DNA of 64,000 nucleotides from an uncultured Gemmatimonadales bacterium (lineage in GTDB: Bacteria > Gemmatimonadota > Gemmatimonadetes > Gemmatimonadales > GWC2-71-9), in NCBI GenBank assembly GCA_963795085.1, contig CAWCFX010000001.1:352001-416000 (forward strand), in the 5' to 3' direction. Each line of letters starts with the position of its first letter. Position 1 is the first letter of the stretch. The notes beneath the pieces were generated by a model. That model did no database searches. It was not told where the DNA came from and saw nothing but the letters and a program-made list of their open reading frames with translations. Below are positions 9,316 through 18,503 of this stretch, in pieces. Both the position numbers and the translations under genes were made by a program.

Positions 9316-10047
9316 ATGTCGGCCTCGGATGACACAGTCGCAAGTACCGCTGGCGCCGCGAAGCGTGCGTACGTCCGGGGCATGTTCACGGCAATCGCCC
9401 CCCGATACGATCTTCTCAATCATCTCCTGAGCCTCAATGTGGACCGTCTGTGGCGTCGCCAGGCGGTGAAGCTGCTCAACTGGGAGCGGAGGCCCGCCGG
9501 CCGGTATCTTGACCTCTGCGCGGGGACCCTGGACCTCGCGGCCGCGCTGGCGCGGTCGCGCGGGTTTTCCGGCCAGGTCATCGGTGCCGACTTCGTCCTC
9601 GCGATGCTCCAGCGGGGGAGGGACAAGGCCGCCGCAGTCCTGCCGCTTACGGCGGACGCCCTGGACCTGCCGTTCGCCGATGCCTCGTTCGACGGGGCAA
9701 CCGTCGGGTTCGGCGTGCGCAACCTGGCCGACCTGGACCAGGGCCTCCGGGAGGCCGCCCGCGTCCTCCGCCCCGGGGCTCGGCTGGTGGTGCTCGAATT
9801 CACCACGCCATCGCGCCAGCCGCTCAAAGGGATCTATCTGGGGTATTTCAGGCACCTGCTGCCGACGATTGGTCGCCTGGTGTCCAAACATACGACGGCC
9901 TATACCTACTTGCCAGAGTCGGTGCTCAATTTTCCTTCGCCGGCGGCCCTGGCGGAGCGGATGAGCGCCGCCGGTTTCACCGCGGTGCAGTACAAGACGC
10001 TCTTCGGGGGTATCTGCGCACTCCATGTCGGGGTCGTCCCCGGATAA
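9316..10047 (+). CDS. menG: Demethylmenaquinone methyltransferase (MenG/UbiE)
   Basis: MFTAIAPRYDLLNHLLS, LDLCAGTLD, FGVRN, AYTYLPESV. Confidence 0.92.
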   Translation: MSASDDTVASTAGAAKRAYVRGMFTAIAPRYDLLNHLLSLNVDRLWRRQAVKLLNWERRPAGRYLDLCAGTLDLAAALARSRGFSGQVIGADFVLAMLQRGRDKAAAVLPLTADALDLPFADASFDGATVGFGVRNLADLDQGLREAARVLRPGARLVVLEFTTPSRQPLKGIYLGYFRHLLPTIGRLVSKHTTAYTYLPESVLNFPSPAALAERMSAAGFTAVQYKTLFGGICALHVGVVPG

Positions 10048-10102
10048 ACTGGAGGGCAGGCCGTGCTCCCAGCCTCGTTCCCCGTCATCACAAGGTTGCC
10101 TC

Positions 10103-11590
10103 ATGGCGCTAGACACCACCCGGGAATTCATCGAGGCGATCGAAAAAGCCGGCGAACTGGTGCGCGTCGGCCATCCAGTTCGCGCCCGCCTGGAGATCGC
10201 CGAGATCGCCGACCGCTGCATGAAGAGTCCTGGTGGCGGGCCCGCGCTCCTGTTCGAACACGTCCTGCTGGACGACGGCAGCCGCAGCGCCTGGCCGGTG
10301 GCGATCAACCTGTATGGCTCCATGCGGCGCATGCAGCTGGCTCTCGGCGTGGAGGACCTGAACGAGATCGGCGGCCGCATCAGCGAGTTGCTGAACCTCA
10401 AGGTGCCGGAGGGGTTGTTCGGCAAACTGGCGATGCTGCCGCGGCTGGCCGAGGTCGCCAAGTTTCCGCCCCGGGTGAAGGGCGGCCGCCCGGCCTGCCA
10501 GGACCGGGTGCTGCAGGGCAGCGAGATTGACCTGACCCGGCTTCCCTTCCTCACCACCTGGCCCCAGGACGGCGGCCCCTACATCACGCTGCCGATGGTC
10601 ATCACCACCGATCCCGTCCGGGGCATTCGCAACGTCGGGATGTATCGCATCCAGGTCCTGGGCCGGGATACCCTGGCCATGCACTGGCAGCGCCACAAGG
10701 TGGGAGCGGCCCATTGGAGGGAAATGGCCGCCCGGGGCGAGCGGATGCCGGTGGCGATCGCCATCGGCGGTGATCCCGCCAGCGTGTACTCGGGATCGGC
10801 CCCGCTCCCGCCGACCATTGACGAGTTCATCTTCGCCGGGTTTCTCCGGAAGTCGCCGGTCGAACTGGCCCGGGCGGTTACCGGCGACCTGGAGGTGCCG
10901 GGCGAGGCCGACTTCGTCATCGAAGGCTTTATCGATCCGGCCGAGGACCTGGTCCTGGAAGGGCCGTTCGGAGACCATACCGGGTTCTATTCCCTGGCCG
11001 ACTACTACCCGATGGTGCATGTCACGGCGGTGACCATGCGACGCGACCCGGTGTACATCGCCACCCTGGTGGGACGGCCGCCCATGGAGGATTTTTACCT
11101 CGGTCATGCCACCGAACGGATCTTCCTCCCGCTGCTCAAGCTCACCGTCCCCGAGATCGTGGACTACCACATGCCGGCGCCGGGCATCTTTCACAACCTG
11201 GTGTTCGTGTCGATCGACAAGCAGTATCCCGGCCAGGCCTACAAGGTGATGAACGCGCTGTGGGGCCAGGGCCTGATGTCGCTGGCCAAGGTGCTGGTCG
11301 TCGTGGACAAGGACGTGAATGTGCAGGACCCGGATGAGGCCTGGTGGATCGCGCTCAACAACATCGATCCCGAGCGCGACGTACGGTTCACCATGGGCCC
11401 GGCGGACGTGCTGGACCATGCCAGCCGGGCCTTCACCTACGGCAGCAAGATGGGGATTGACGGCACCCGGAAGTGGAAGGAAGAGGGCTTCGACCGGGAA
11501 TGGCCGGAACGGATCACCATGGATGAGGAAACCAAGGTGCGGGTGGACGAGATGTGGCCGAGGCTGGGCATCTCCCTCGGCGGCAGGTAG
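10103..11590 (+). CDS. ubiD: UbiD-family decarboxylase (futalosine-pathway MqnL type)
   Basis: RNVGMYRIQ, MHWQRHK, EGPFGDHTGFY, ATERIFLPL, SKMGIDGTRK; context with ubiA/ubiX/menG. Confidence 0.92.
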   Translation: MALDTTREFIEAIEKAGELVRVGHPVRARLEIAEIADRCMKSPGGGPALLFEHVLLDDGSRSAWPVAINLYGSMRRMQLALGVEDLNEIGGRISELLNLKVPEGLFGKLAMLPRLAEVAKFPPRVKGGRPACQDRVLQGSEIDLTRLPFLTTWPQDGGPYITLPMVITTDPVRGIRNVGMYRIQVLGRDTLAMHWQRHKVGAAHWREMAARGERMPVAIAIGGDPASVYSGSAPLPPTIDEFIFAGFLRKSPVELARAVTGDLEVPGEADFVIEGFIDPAEDLVLEGPFGDHTGFYSLADYYPMVHVTAVTMRRDPVYIATLVGRPPMEDFYLGHATERIFLPLLKLTVPEIVDYHMPAPGIFHNLVFVSIDKQYPGQAYKVMNALWGQGLMSLAKVLVVVDKDVNVQDPDEAWWIALNNIDPERDVRFTMGPADVLDHASRAFTYGSKMGIDGTRKWKEEGFDREWPERITMDEETKVRVDEMWPRLGISLGGR

Positions 11591-11592
11591 CC

Positions 11593-12489
11593 ATGGGCGA
11601 GGTGCGGGAAGGCCAGACCTTCGCGGGGCGGTCGCTGTTTTCCCGCTATCTCAGTTTCGTCAAGCTGCCCCACACGATCTTCGCCCTGCCGTTCGCCCTG
11701 CTCGGCGTCCTGGCCGCCTCTTTCATCGCCCCGGTGACGCTCCGGGCTGTGGCCCTGGTCGTGCTCGCCTTCTCGGCCGCCCGCTGGGCCGCGATGGGCT
11801 TCAACCGGATCGCCGACCGCCGGTACGATGCCCGGAACCCCCGTACCGCCAACCGGGAGCTGCCCCGGGGCGCCCTTTCCCTGGCGCAGGCGTGGCTCTC
11901 GGTCATCGTCGCTATCATCCTGTTTCTTGTGGCCTGCTGGCTGCTGAACCCCCTCTGCCTGGCCCTGAGCCCGCTGGCGCTGTGCTGGATCCTCGTCTAC
12001 AGCCTGGCCAAACGGTTCACCTGGTGGCCCCATCTGTGGCTGGGGCTGAGCCTGGCGATCGCCCCGGTGGGCGGCTACCTCGCCATTACCGGGCGCTGGA
12101 GCGAGCCCTGGTGGCTTCTCCTCGTCATCACGGTGGCCGTGGCCACCTGGGTCGGGGGCTTTGACATTTTCTACGCCCTCCCCGATGAAGACTTCGACCG
12201 GGACCAGCGCCTCAAGAGCGCCGTGGTCCGCCTGGGGCAGCGGAACAGCATCCTGCTGGCCAAGTCACTCCACGGGATCACCCTTCCGGCACTGGCCCTG
12301 TTTGGCTATGTCGCGGGGTTCGGGGTATGGTACTTTGCAGGCGTCGCCGCGGCGGCGCTCATCCTGGCCTGGGAACACCACCTCGTCCGGCCGGGAGACC
12401 TGAGCCGGCTCGACGCGGCATTTTTTACCATGAACGGGGTCATGAGCGTAACGGTCTTCGGGTTTGCCCTGCTGGACCGGCTACTTTGA
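11593..12489 (+). CDS. ubiA: UbiA-family prenyltransferase (MqnP type)
   Basis: VKLPHTIFALPFA, AMGFNRIADRRYDARNPRTANRELP, GFDIFYA, AFFTMNG. Confidence 0.9.
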   Translation: MGEVREGQTFAGRSLFSRYLSFVKLPHTIFALPFALLGVLAASFIAPVTLRAVALVVLAFSAARWAAMGFNRIADRRYDARNPRTANRELPRGALSLAQAWLSVIVAIILFLVACWLLNPLCLALSPLALCWILVYSLAKRFTWWPHLWLGLSLAIAPVGGYLAITGRWSEPWWLLLVITVAVATWVGGFDIFYALPDEDFDRDQRLKSAVVRLGQRNSILLAKSLHGITLPALALFGYVAGFGVWYFAGVAAAALILAWEHHLVRPGDLSRLDAAFFTMNGVMSVTVFGFALLDRLL

Positions 12490-12502
12490 AAGCGAGGAAG
12501 GT

Positions 12503-12652
12503 ATGAGCAAGAAGAAAAAACACCGGCCGGATTTCCTTCCGACCCCCAAGCCCGCGCAGCAGCCGGGCGTCTCCCGCGTCAAGCAACCGCCGCCACCGCG
12601 GCCCCCGGCCCATCCGGTGCGGACGCCCACCGGCAGCCGGAGAGGCGGGTGA
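12503..12652 (+). CDS. Small basic, Pro-rich peptide (49 aa), putative
   Basis: GAGGAAGG SD before ATG; fills the gap between ubiA and ubiX; its TGA overlaps the ubiX GTG (GTGA). Confidence 0.55.
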   Translation: MSKKKKHRPDFLPTPKPAQQPGVSRVKQPPPPRPPAHPVRTPTGSRRGG

Positions 12653-13242
12653 CCCAAACCCAGCTGCCCGTGGTCCTCGCCATCACGGGGGCCTCCGGCG
12701 CGCCATACGCGGTGCGCCTGCTCGAGGTTCTGGCGGGCAACCGGGTGCCCACCTGGCTGATCGTGTCCGGGCACGGGTGGCGGCTGCTGAATGAGGAGTG
12801 CGGCATTGAAGACCAGGACGCGCTGCAGGGAAAAACCGGGGGCGACTGGAATTCGGTAACCAGTTTTCCGGATGGCGACCGGGGCGCCCTGCCGGCCAGC
12901 GGATCCCGGAAAACGGCGGGCATGGTGATCTGCCCCTGCTCGATGGGCACCGTATCGGCCATCGCCCAGGGTTCCAGCCGGTCCCTGGTGGAACGGGCGG
13001 CGGATGTCACCCTGAAGGAGCGGCGCAGACTCGTCCTCGTCCCTCGCGAAACCCCCCTTTCGCTGGTCCACCTCCGTAACCTCACCCAGGTCACCGAGGC
13101 CGGGGCCGTCGTCGTTCCGGCGGCCCCCGGCTTTTATCACCGGCCGACCCAGATATCGGAACTGGTGGATTTCCTGGTGCAGCGGGTGCTGGATCAGCTG
13201 GACCTCCCGATCGAGATCGCCAAGCGCTGGGGTCAGGCGTGA
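12649..13242 (+). CDS. ubiX: Flavin prenyltransferase UbiX
   Basis: AITGASGAPY, ASGS, PCSMGT, RAADVTLKERR, PRETP, PGFYHRP. Confidence 0.95.
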   Translation: MTQTQLPVVLAITGASGAPYAVRLLEVLAGNRVPTWLIVSGHGWRLLNEECGIEDQDALQGKTGGDWNSVTSFPDGDRGALPASGSRKTAGMVICPCSMGTVSAIAQGSSRSLVERAADVTLKERRRLVLVPRETPLSLVHLRNLTQVTEAGAVVVPAAPGFYHRPTQISELVDFLVQRVLDQLDLPIEIAKRWGQA

Positions 13243-13284
13243 CGGCCGTGCCCGGCGGACACCAGTTATCAAGGCCATCGATTC

Positions 13285-13764
13285 ATGCGGCTGGGAATCA
13301 TTTCCGACACGCACGGCCTGCTCCGGCCCGAGGTGTTCGAAGTCTTCAGCGAGGTGGACCATATTATCCACGCGGGGGACGTCGGGCCCGCCGGCCTGCT
13401 GGCCGAACTCGAGGCGATCGCGCCGGTGACCGCGGTGTGGGGCAACACCGACGGGTGGGACATCCGGAACAGGCTACCCGAGGTGGTGGAACGGCGCATC
13501 GAGGGCTTCGACTTCGTGATTCTCCACGGCCACCAGTTCGGGTCGCCCACTCCGGAACTGATCAATCAAACCTATCCCGCGGCCGAGGTCATCGTGTTCG
13601 GCCACACCCACCGGCCGCTGCTCACCACCCTCGACCTGGTCGTCACGGCGGTAAATCCCGGCGGCGCCGGCCACCGCCGGTTCGACCTCCTGCCCTCAGT
13701 CGCCATCATGGAGCTGGAACCCGGCATACCGCCCCGGGCGAGACTGGTGCCGCTTGGGAATTGA
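13285..13764 (+). CDS. Metallophosphoesterase (YfcE/MJ0936 family)
   Basis: ISDTH, HAGD, GNTD, HGH, FGHTH, NPG motifs. Confidence 0.9.
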   Translation: MRLGIISDTHGLLRPEVFEVFSEVDHIIHAGDVGPAGLLAELEAIAPVTAVWGNTDGWDIRNRLPEVVERRIEGFDFVILHGHQFGSPTPELINQTYPAAEVIVFGHTHRPLLTTLDLVVTAVNPGGAGHRRFDLLPSVAIMELEPGIPPRARLVPLGN

Positions 13765-13901
13765 GGGAAGGGGGGATGTTGGAATTGAGGGAATTGAGGG
13801 AATTGAGGGAATGTTGGAATTGAGGGAATTGAGGGAATGGGAATTGAGGGAATGTTGGAATAGAAATCCAATTCCCTCAATTCCAACATTCCCTCAATTC
13901 C
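13756..13901. repeat. (GGGAATTGA)n tandem tract with inverted copy, between convergent genes
   Basis: Forward units 13756-13861; 13870-13901 is the exact reverse complement of 13799-13830 (32 bp). Confidence 0.92.
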
Positions 13902-13902
13902 G

Positions 13903-14316
13903 TCAATCTATTGGTGGCGCCTGGCTCGCCGGCCCCATGCCGATCCCCGCGATTTTCCCCTGGTGGGTGATGACCCAGCGCAGCAGAAACGGTTCGGGCA
14001 TCACATCCATCGTCGCGCTTCTCCAGTATTGCCGCTGGCCATTCCTGGTGATGAACTTCTCCTCGAGGATCGCCACCTCGTTGCCCGCCCGGGTGGCGAC
14101 CATCAGCATCCGCTGCTGAAGATCCGCAACCGTCATGCTGGCCTGACCGGCGCTATCCATCGCCGCCAGCAGGCTGTCGGCCATGCCGGTGTAGAACCAG
14201 CGGGTAAACTTCCGGCCCAGTTCCATGGAGTCGGCGGGCAATTGCTGCTGGGCCTGGGCGGCGCCCGATGTCACGAGCAGTGCGCCGATCAACCAGGCGG
14301 TTCGCAAACGTCGCAT
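13903..14316 (-). CDS. Secreted hypothetical protein
   Basis: AAGGA SD; signal peptide MRRLRTAWLIGALLVTSGAAQA. Confidence 0.75.
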   Translation of the reverse strand: MRRLRTAWLIGALLVTSGAAQAQQQLPADSMELGRKFTRWFYTGMADSLLAAMDSAGQASMTVADLQQRMLMVATRAGNEVAILEEKFITRNGQRQYWRSATMDVMPEPFLLRWVITHQGKIAGIGMGPASQAPPID

Positions 14317-14372
14317 ACATATCCTTGAGTTGGGGGGACACTCAGGCTGACGAACCTACACACCGTTCAGTT

Positions 14373-16520
14373 TCAAGGTGCAACGGGCAAAACCATAAAC
14401 GCCCTCTCTGCAATGGATTCAGGTCCTCCACTACCCCGAATCGTAAGCGACAGCAGGTACAGGCCCGGCCCGAGCCCGGCCAGTTGAATCGTCCGGCGAA
14501 TCCGGGTCACCTCTCCTCTCCCTTCTTCCTGCACCGTCAGCCCGAGCCGGTTGCGGCCTCGACGCCCGCGGTTCTCATCAAACACGGCGACGGTCGCTTC
14601 GAACGACTCGCCTTCCGCCAGCCCGTACACTTCCGCGTACAATTGGAGTGACTCACCCACCCGGTAGGCCGCGGCCGGATGCAGCAGGGCCGTGTCGGCC
14701 GGTCCCACGATCCAGGAAAGATTCCCCTGGCTTCGCCCCAGGGCGATCGAACTCACCGCGAGTGGCGTGGCGATGAGATCGGGAACGACGACCGAATCGA
14801 GGGTGGTCACCATGCCGGCCGCCCCCTGCTCCAGCGAAAGGCGATACCGCCACCGGCCCGGGGGAGCGGGCGCCGCCACCCGCGCGCCCATCGCCTCGCC
14901 GGCCCGCACGGGTGCTATCGTCGTGTCCATCCAGTGAACCGCGGTGCCCGACGCATCGAAGAAAGCGAGACGCAGTCGAACCGGGTTTCCATCCCCGGCC
15001 CCGCCCGGCAGGGTGAAGAGCACTTGCAACTGGGGCGATCCATTGGACCGGCCGATCGTGAGCAGGTCGAAGTCGGCCCCCAGCGAATCGGTAAAGCGAA
15101 GCTGGTAGGACTCGCTCCCCGTGCCGACCCGGGCGCTCCAGGTGCCCCATTCCCGTTCCTCCCGCCCGATCCGGGCGGACCCGTGAGGACCCCAGCTCAT
15201 CATCTTCAGGTAGAGGTCGCTCACCCGGGAGAGCTCGAGCAGCAGGAGGTCCCTGGGAATGCCGCTGCCCCGGAGATCCTCCGCACTGCCCACCAGCCGG
15301 TAATCCGTAAGGGCCCCGCCTTCGGGGCCCGCGCCGCCGCCGCTAAAGTGCAGAAGCAGGTCGCCATCAGCCCGGCGGTAGAGCCAGGTCTCGGCGGGCA
15401 TGAGCCCGAACAGGAGGGGAGTGACCCGACGAGCCGGCGCGCCATGGCGGAGGTACACCACTCCCCGGTCGTCAAGGCCGGCCGATTCACCGGCGCGGAA
15501 CACGTCCCGCAGGCTGTAGAATCGCCGGTTATTCATCAACCCATAATGCCACCCGGCGTATTGCAGCCGCCGGAAATGCTCGGTCAGCCTTTCGGGGACA
15601 GAGCGGAGATCCTGGCGGGCGCGTGTTTCCCAGAATGTCCGGAGCGCCGCCGCCCGCTCGGGTCCCCGGGCAGCGTCGAGACGCTCCAGCTCTGACGGCC
15701 TGGCCAGCAGGAGCAGATCGGCCCGCAGACTGGCAAGAGTGGCCGGATCGTCGGACCCGGCGAGGTCGAAGTAGGCGCGACTGGCATCCTCCCCGGCCGT
15801 GAACCGGGCCCGCACCAGTTCATACCCGAGGAGAGCGTCCTCCCTCGAGCTTTGCCGGGCCGATTCCAGCGTCGCGATGGAGGCGTAATGGTGACCGGCG
15901 GCCCATTCACTCCTCGCCAGCAGGCGGAGCACACCCCGGTCCTGGTTCCCCCGGGCGATGGCGCGGCTGAGAATGGCCCGGGTTTCGAGGGCGGTGAGTG
16001 TGTCCCGGAGCAGGGCGGAGACAGCGGCGAGTTCGAGGATGGCCGGCGTGAAGCCGGGATCGTCAGCCACGACGCTGGCCAGGGCCCGGAAGGCGGCCCG
16101 GTAGGCACCGTGGCCCACGTAGGAGCCAAGACTGAGGGGTTCGGCCGCAAGCCAGTCGCCTTTCGCCCTTTCGGCGAGGCCGATTCCGTAGCGTGGATAG
16201 GGCCACCGCGGTTTCAGCCGGTCGGCCTCCTGGAATGCGTTCCTGGCACGGTCGTAGCGGCGGCCGCTCTGGTCCAGCGCCGCAAGTCGGAGGAGGGCGA
16301 ACCCCCGGCGCAGCCGTTCAACGGGGTCGCTGGCGCCGGCTCCCTGGTCGGGTCGCTCGACAATCGCCTGGACCTCGGCGCTGCGGGCCAGGCGGCCGAG
16401 GGAGTCAGTGAAGGCGGCCAGGCGGTCGCGCTCCGCCGACGACTGCGCCAGCGCCGGCGCAGCGATGAAGAGGAGGGATGCCACGAAGGCCGGAAGGATC
16501 GGAGAGTGGATCACATCCAA
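14373..16520 (-). CDS. GWxTD domain-containing secreted protein
   Basis: Signal peptide, TPR-like helices, FWETR...EHFRRLQYA, GLDDRGVVYLRHGAP (GWxTDRG-like), ETWLY, C-terminal beta-rich domains. Confidence 0.75.
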   Translation of the reverse strand: MDVIHSPILPAFVASLLFIAAPALAQSSAERDRLAAFTDSLGRLARSAEVQAIVERPDQGAGASDPVERLRRGFALLRLAALDQSGRRYDRARNAFQEADRLKPRWPYPRYGIGLAERAKGDWLAAEPLSLGSYVGHGAYRAAFRALASVVADDPGFTPAILELAAVSALLRDTLTALETRAILSRAIARGNQDRGVLRLLARSEWAAGHHYASIATLESARQSSREDALLGYELVRARFTAGEDASRAYFDLAGSDDPATLASLRADLLLLARPSELERLDAARGPERAAALRTFWETRARQDLRSVPERLTEHFRRLQYAGWHYGLMNNRRFYSLRDVFRAGESAGLDDRGVVYLRHGAPARRVTPLLFGLMPAETWLYRRADGDLLLHFSGGGAGPEGGALTDYRLVGSAEDLRGSGIPRDLLLLELSRVSDLYLKMMSWGPHGSARIGREEREWGTWSARVGTGSESYQLRFTDSLGADFDLLTIGRSNGSPQLQVLFTLPGGAGDGNPVRLRLAFFDASGTAVHWMDTTIAPVRAGEAMGARVAAPAPPGRWRYRLSLEQGAAGMVTTLDSVVVPDLIATPLAVSSIALGRSQGNLSWIVGPADTALLHPAAAYRVGESLQLYAEVYGLAEGESFEATVAVFDENRGRRGRNRLGLTVQEEGRGEVTRIRRTIQLAGLGPGLYLLSLTIRGSGGPESIAERAFMVLPVAP

Positions 16521-16563
16521 TAGGACGAGCCAGTAATCGCCGAATGGACCAACCGAAGCGGGA

Positions 16564-17664
16564 CTAGTGGACCCACGCCTCCAGCTTGGTGGTCCGCCGG
16601 AACGAATCGGGGTGGCGGCGGAACCAGGACATGACCAGCAGCACCTCGTCCATGCCTTCCCGGGCCAGGGCTTCGAGGTCCGGGTCCGGCCGGCTGAGTT
16701 CTTCCGACACCACCGCGTTGAACGCGTCGAGCTCGATCGGCGTGGTGGGATAGGGGTACACGGCGCGAACCAGTCCGCGGCGGATGAGATACGCCCGGTC
16801 GTCGCCCAGGGATCCGGGGTCGCGATAGACGAAGGTGAGGAGATCCAGCGCCGCCCGGGCCCGGGTCACGGCGGCCAGCAGCCACTCCAGTGCTTCGAAC
16901 TTCTGCCGCCAGCGGGTAGCCTGCTCGTATTCCGAAGCCGCCGAGGCGGCCTCCATCGCGTCAATGACGCGGTCAATTGGCTGAATGGCCCTGGCGTCGA
17001 GAAAGGCGACGGCAGTCTCCACCCGCCGGTGATACTCGAGTTCTGTCACCAGCGCCGCGCAGGGGCCGCTGCAGGACCCCAGTTCATGGCGAATGCACGC
17101 GGCGGTCAGGGGGGCCTGGAACAGGTCCATCTGCCCGGCATAGACGATCGGCATGCTGGGCGCGCAGTCGCGGAGACCCATCAGGTCGTTGAGGGTTCGA
17201 ACCGCTTCCTGGATGCGGGCCGTGGCGTTGAAGGGGCCAAAGCAGCGCAGCTCACCCGCGCCAACCGCGGTCCCCGCGCTGATCTTCGGGGCCGCCCCGC
17301 CGGAAACCCGGATAAAGGCGGCCCGCCGGGTCCGGTTGAGGCTGTAGTTAAGGGGAGGCCGGAATTTCCGGATCTGCCGCAACTCGGCCAGGTAGGCCGC
17401 GAACTCGCTGGGGACGTAGTCCCACTCGATGGTTCGCGCCGCGTGGAGGATCCGCGCGGCCTTGTCCCCGGGATAGCTGGCCCGAAAATAAGAGAGCACC
17501 CGGCTGCGCAGTTGCTTGGCCTTGCCCACGTAGAGCACCCGCCCGGTGGGATCGATCATCCGGTACACCCCGGGCCGGTTTTCGGCCAGCCGGCTTACCC
17601 GGTGGCGCAGGGTATCCAGGTCGGTCGCCGGCAGCGGCAGCAGGGACCGAAAGTGTTTTTTCAC
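16564..17664 (-). CDS. UvrC-like GIY-YIG endonuclease with UVR domain, no C-terminal RNase H/HhH part
   Basis: PGVYRM...LYVGKAKQLRSRVLSYF, FGPF, LRDC...C.....SCSGPC, MEAASAASEYEQATRWR. Confidence 0.85.
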   Translation of the reverse strand: MKKHFRSLLPLPATDLDTLRHRVSRLAENRPGVYRMIDPTGRVLYVGKAKQLRSRVLSYFRASYPGDKAARILHAARTIEWDYVPSEFAAYLAELRQIRKFRPPLNYSLNRTRRAAFIRVSGGAAPKISAGTAVGAGELRCFGPFNATARIQEAVRTLNDLMGLRDCAPSMPIVYAGQMDLFQAPLTAACIRHELGSCSGPCAALVTELEYHRRVETAVAFLDARAIQPIDRVIDAMEAASAASEYEQATRWRQKFEALEWLLAAVTRARAALDLLTFVYRDPGSLGDDRAYLIRRGLVRAVYPYPTTPIELDAFNAVVSEELSRPDPDLEALAREGMDEVLLVMSWFRRHPDSFRRTTKLEAWVH

Positions 17665-17678
17665 GAATTCATGCGGGC

Positions 17679-18503
17679 TCAGGTCTGGCAGCGATAGCAG
17701 AACACCGTGATCCGGGCATCAATGTCATGGGTCCCTACGAGGCGGGTGCCGCAGCGGCGGCAGGGCTGGTGCTCCCGGCCGTACACCAGCAGCTCAAGTT
17801 GGAAGTTACCCGACTGCCCGGTCCCGGTGACGTAGTCGCGGATGGTCGTCCCCTGGGAAGCAATGGCAACCTCGAGAATACGCTGGAGTTCGGTGAACAG
17901 CGCGGCGTAGCGTGCCGAGGAAATCTTGACGGCCGGCTTGGACGGGTCAATCCCCGCGGCAAACAGCGCCTCGTTGGCGTAGATGTTCCCGACGCCAGCG
18001 ATGTATTTCTGGTCCATCAGGATCTTCTTGATGGCGGCCCGGCTCCGGCTCAGCCCGCGGGCGAAGGCCTCCGCCGTATATGCCGGGTCGAGCGGCTCCG
18101 GGCCCATGCCCTGGTCATAGCGCTGCCACTGCCGGGGGTTGAGCAGGAGAATGGTCCCCAGCCGGCGTACATCCCGGTAGACGAGATATGCGCCATCATC
18201 CATCCGCACCGTCAGCACGTTGTAGCGGGCGACCTCGCCGGAAGGCCTCCGCGGATGAATGAGCATCGCGCCGGTCATGCCGGGCTGGATGACGAGGCGA
18301 TGGTCGCCGAGGTCTATGACGGCGTGCTTGGCCCGGCGAAACATCGCCTCCACCCGGCGGCCCGGCAGGTCCCGGATCAGGCGTTGGCGGGAAACCCCGC
18401 GGAGCACATCGTCATGGGAGAGCGTGGCGGCGGTGAACCTCCGCCCCACCAGGTGGGGGCGCAGGTCGCGCACGATGGTCTCAACCTCCGGGAGTTCCGG
18501 CAC
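17679..18503 (-). CDS. mutM: Formamidopyrimidine-DNA glycosylase (Fpg/MutM)
   Basis: GTG start giving PELPEVET, MGPEPL, AGVGNIYANEALF, C-terminal CxxC...CxxC zinc finger. Confidence 0.96.
   Translation of the reverse strand: MPELPEVETIVRDLRPHLVGRRFTAATLSHDDVLRGVSRQRLIRDLPGRRVEAMFRRAKHAVIDLGDHRLVIQPGMTGAMLIHPRRPSGEVARYNVLTVRMDDGAYLVYRDVRRLGTILLLNPRQWQRYDQGMGPEPLDPAYTAEAFARGLSRSRAAIKKILMDQKYIAGVGNIYANEALFAAGIDPSKPAVKISSARYAALFTELQRILEVAIASQGTTIRDYVTGTGQSGNFQLELLVYGREHQPCRRCGTRLVGTHDIDARITVFCYRCQT

Noticed and set aside
13572..14119. ORFs with ELRELR, IEGIEG or FPQFPQ repeats here and at 32244-33326 and 52479-53023
   Set aside because: Products of reading the 9-mer tract in various frames; only the CDGSH tail lies in a frame with a recognisable protein
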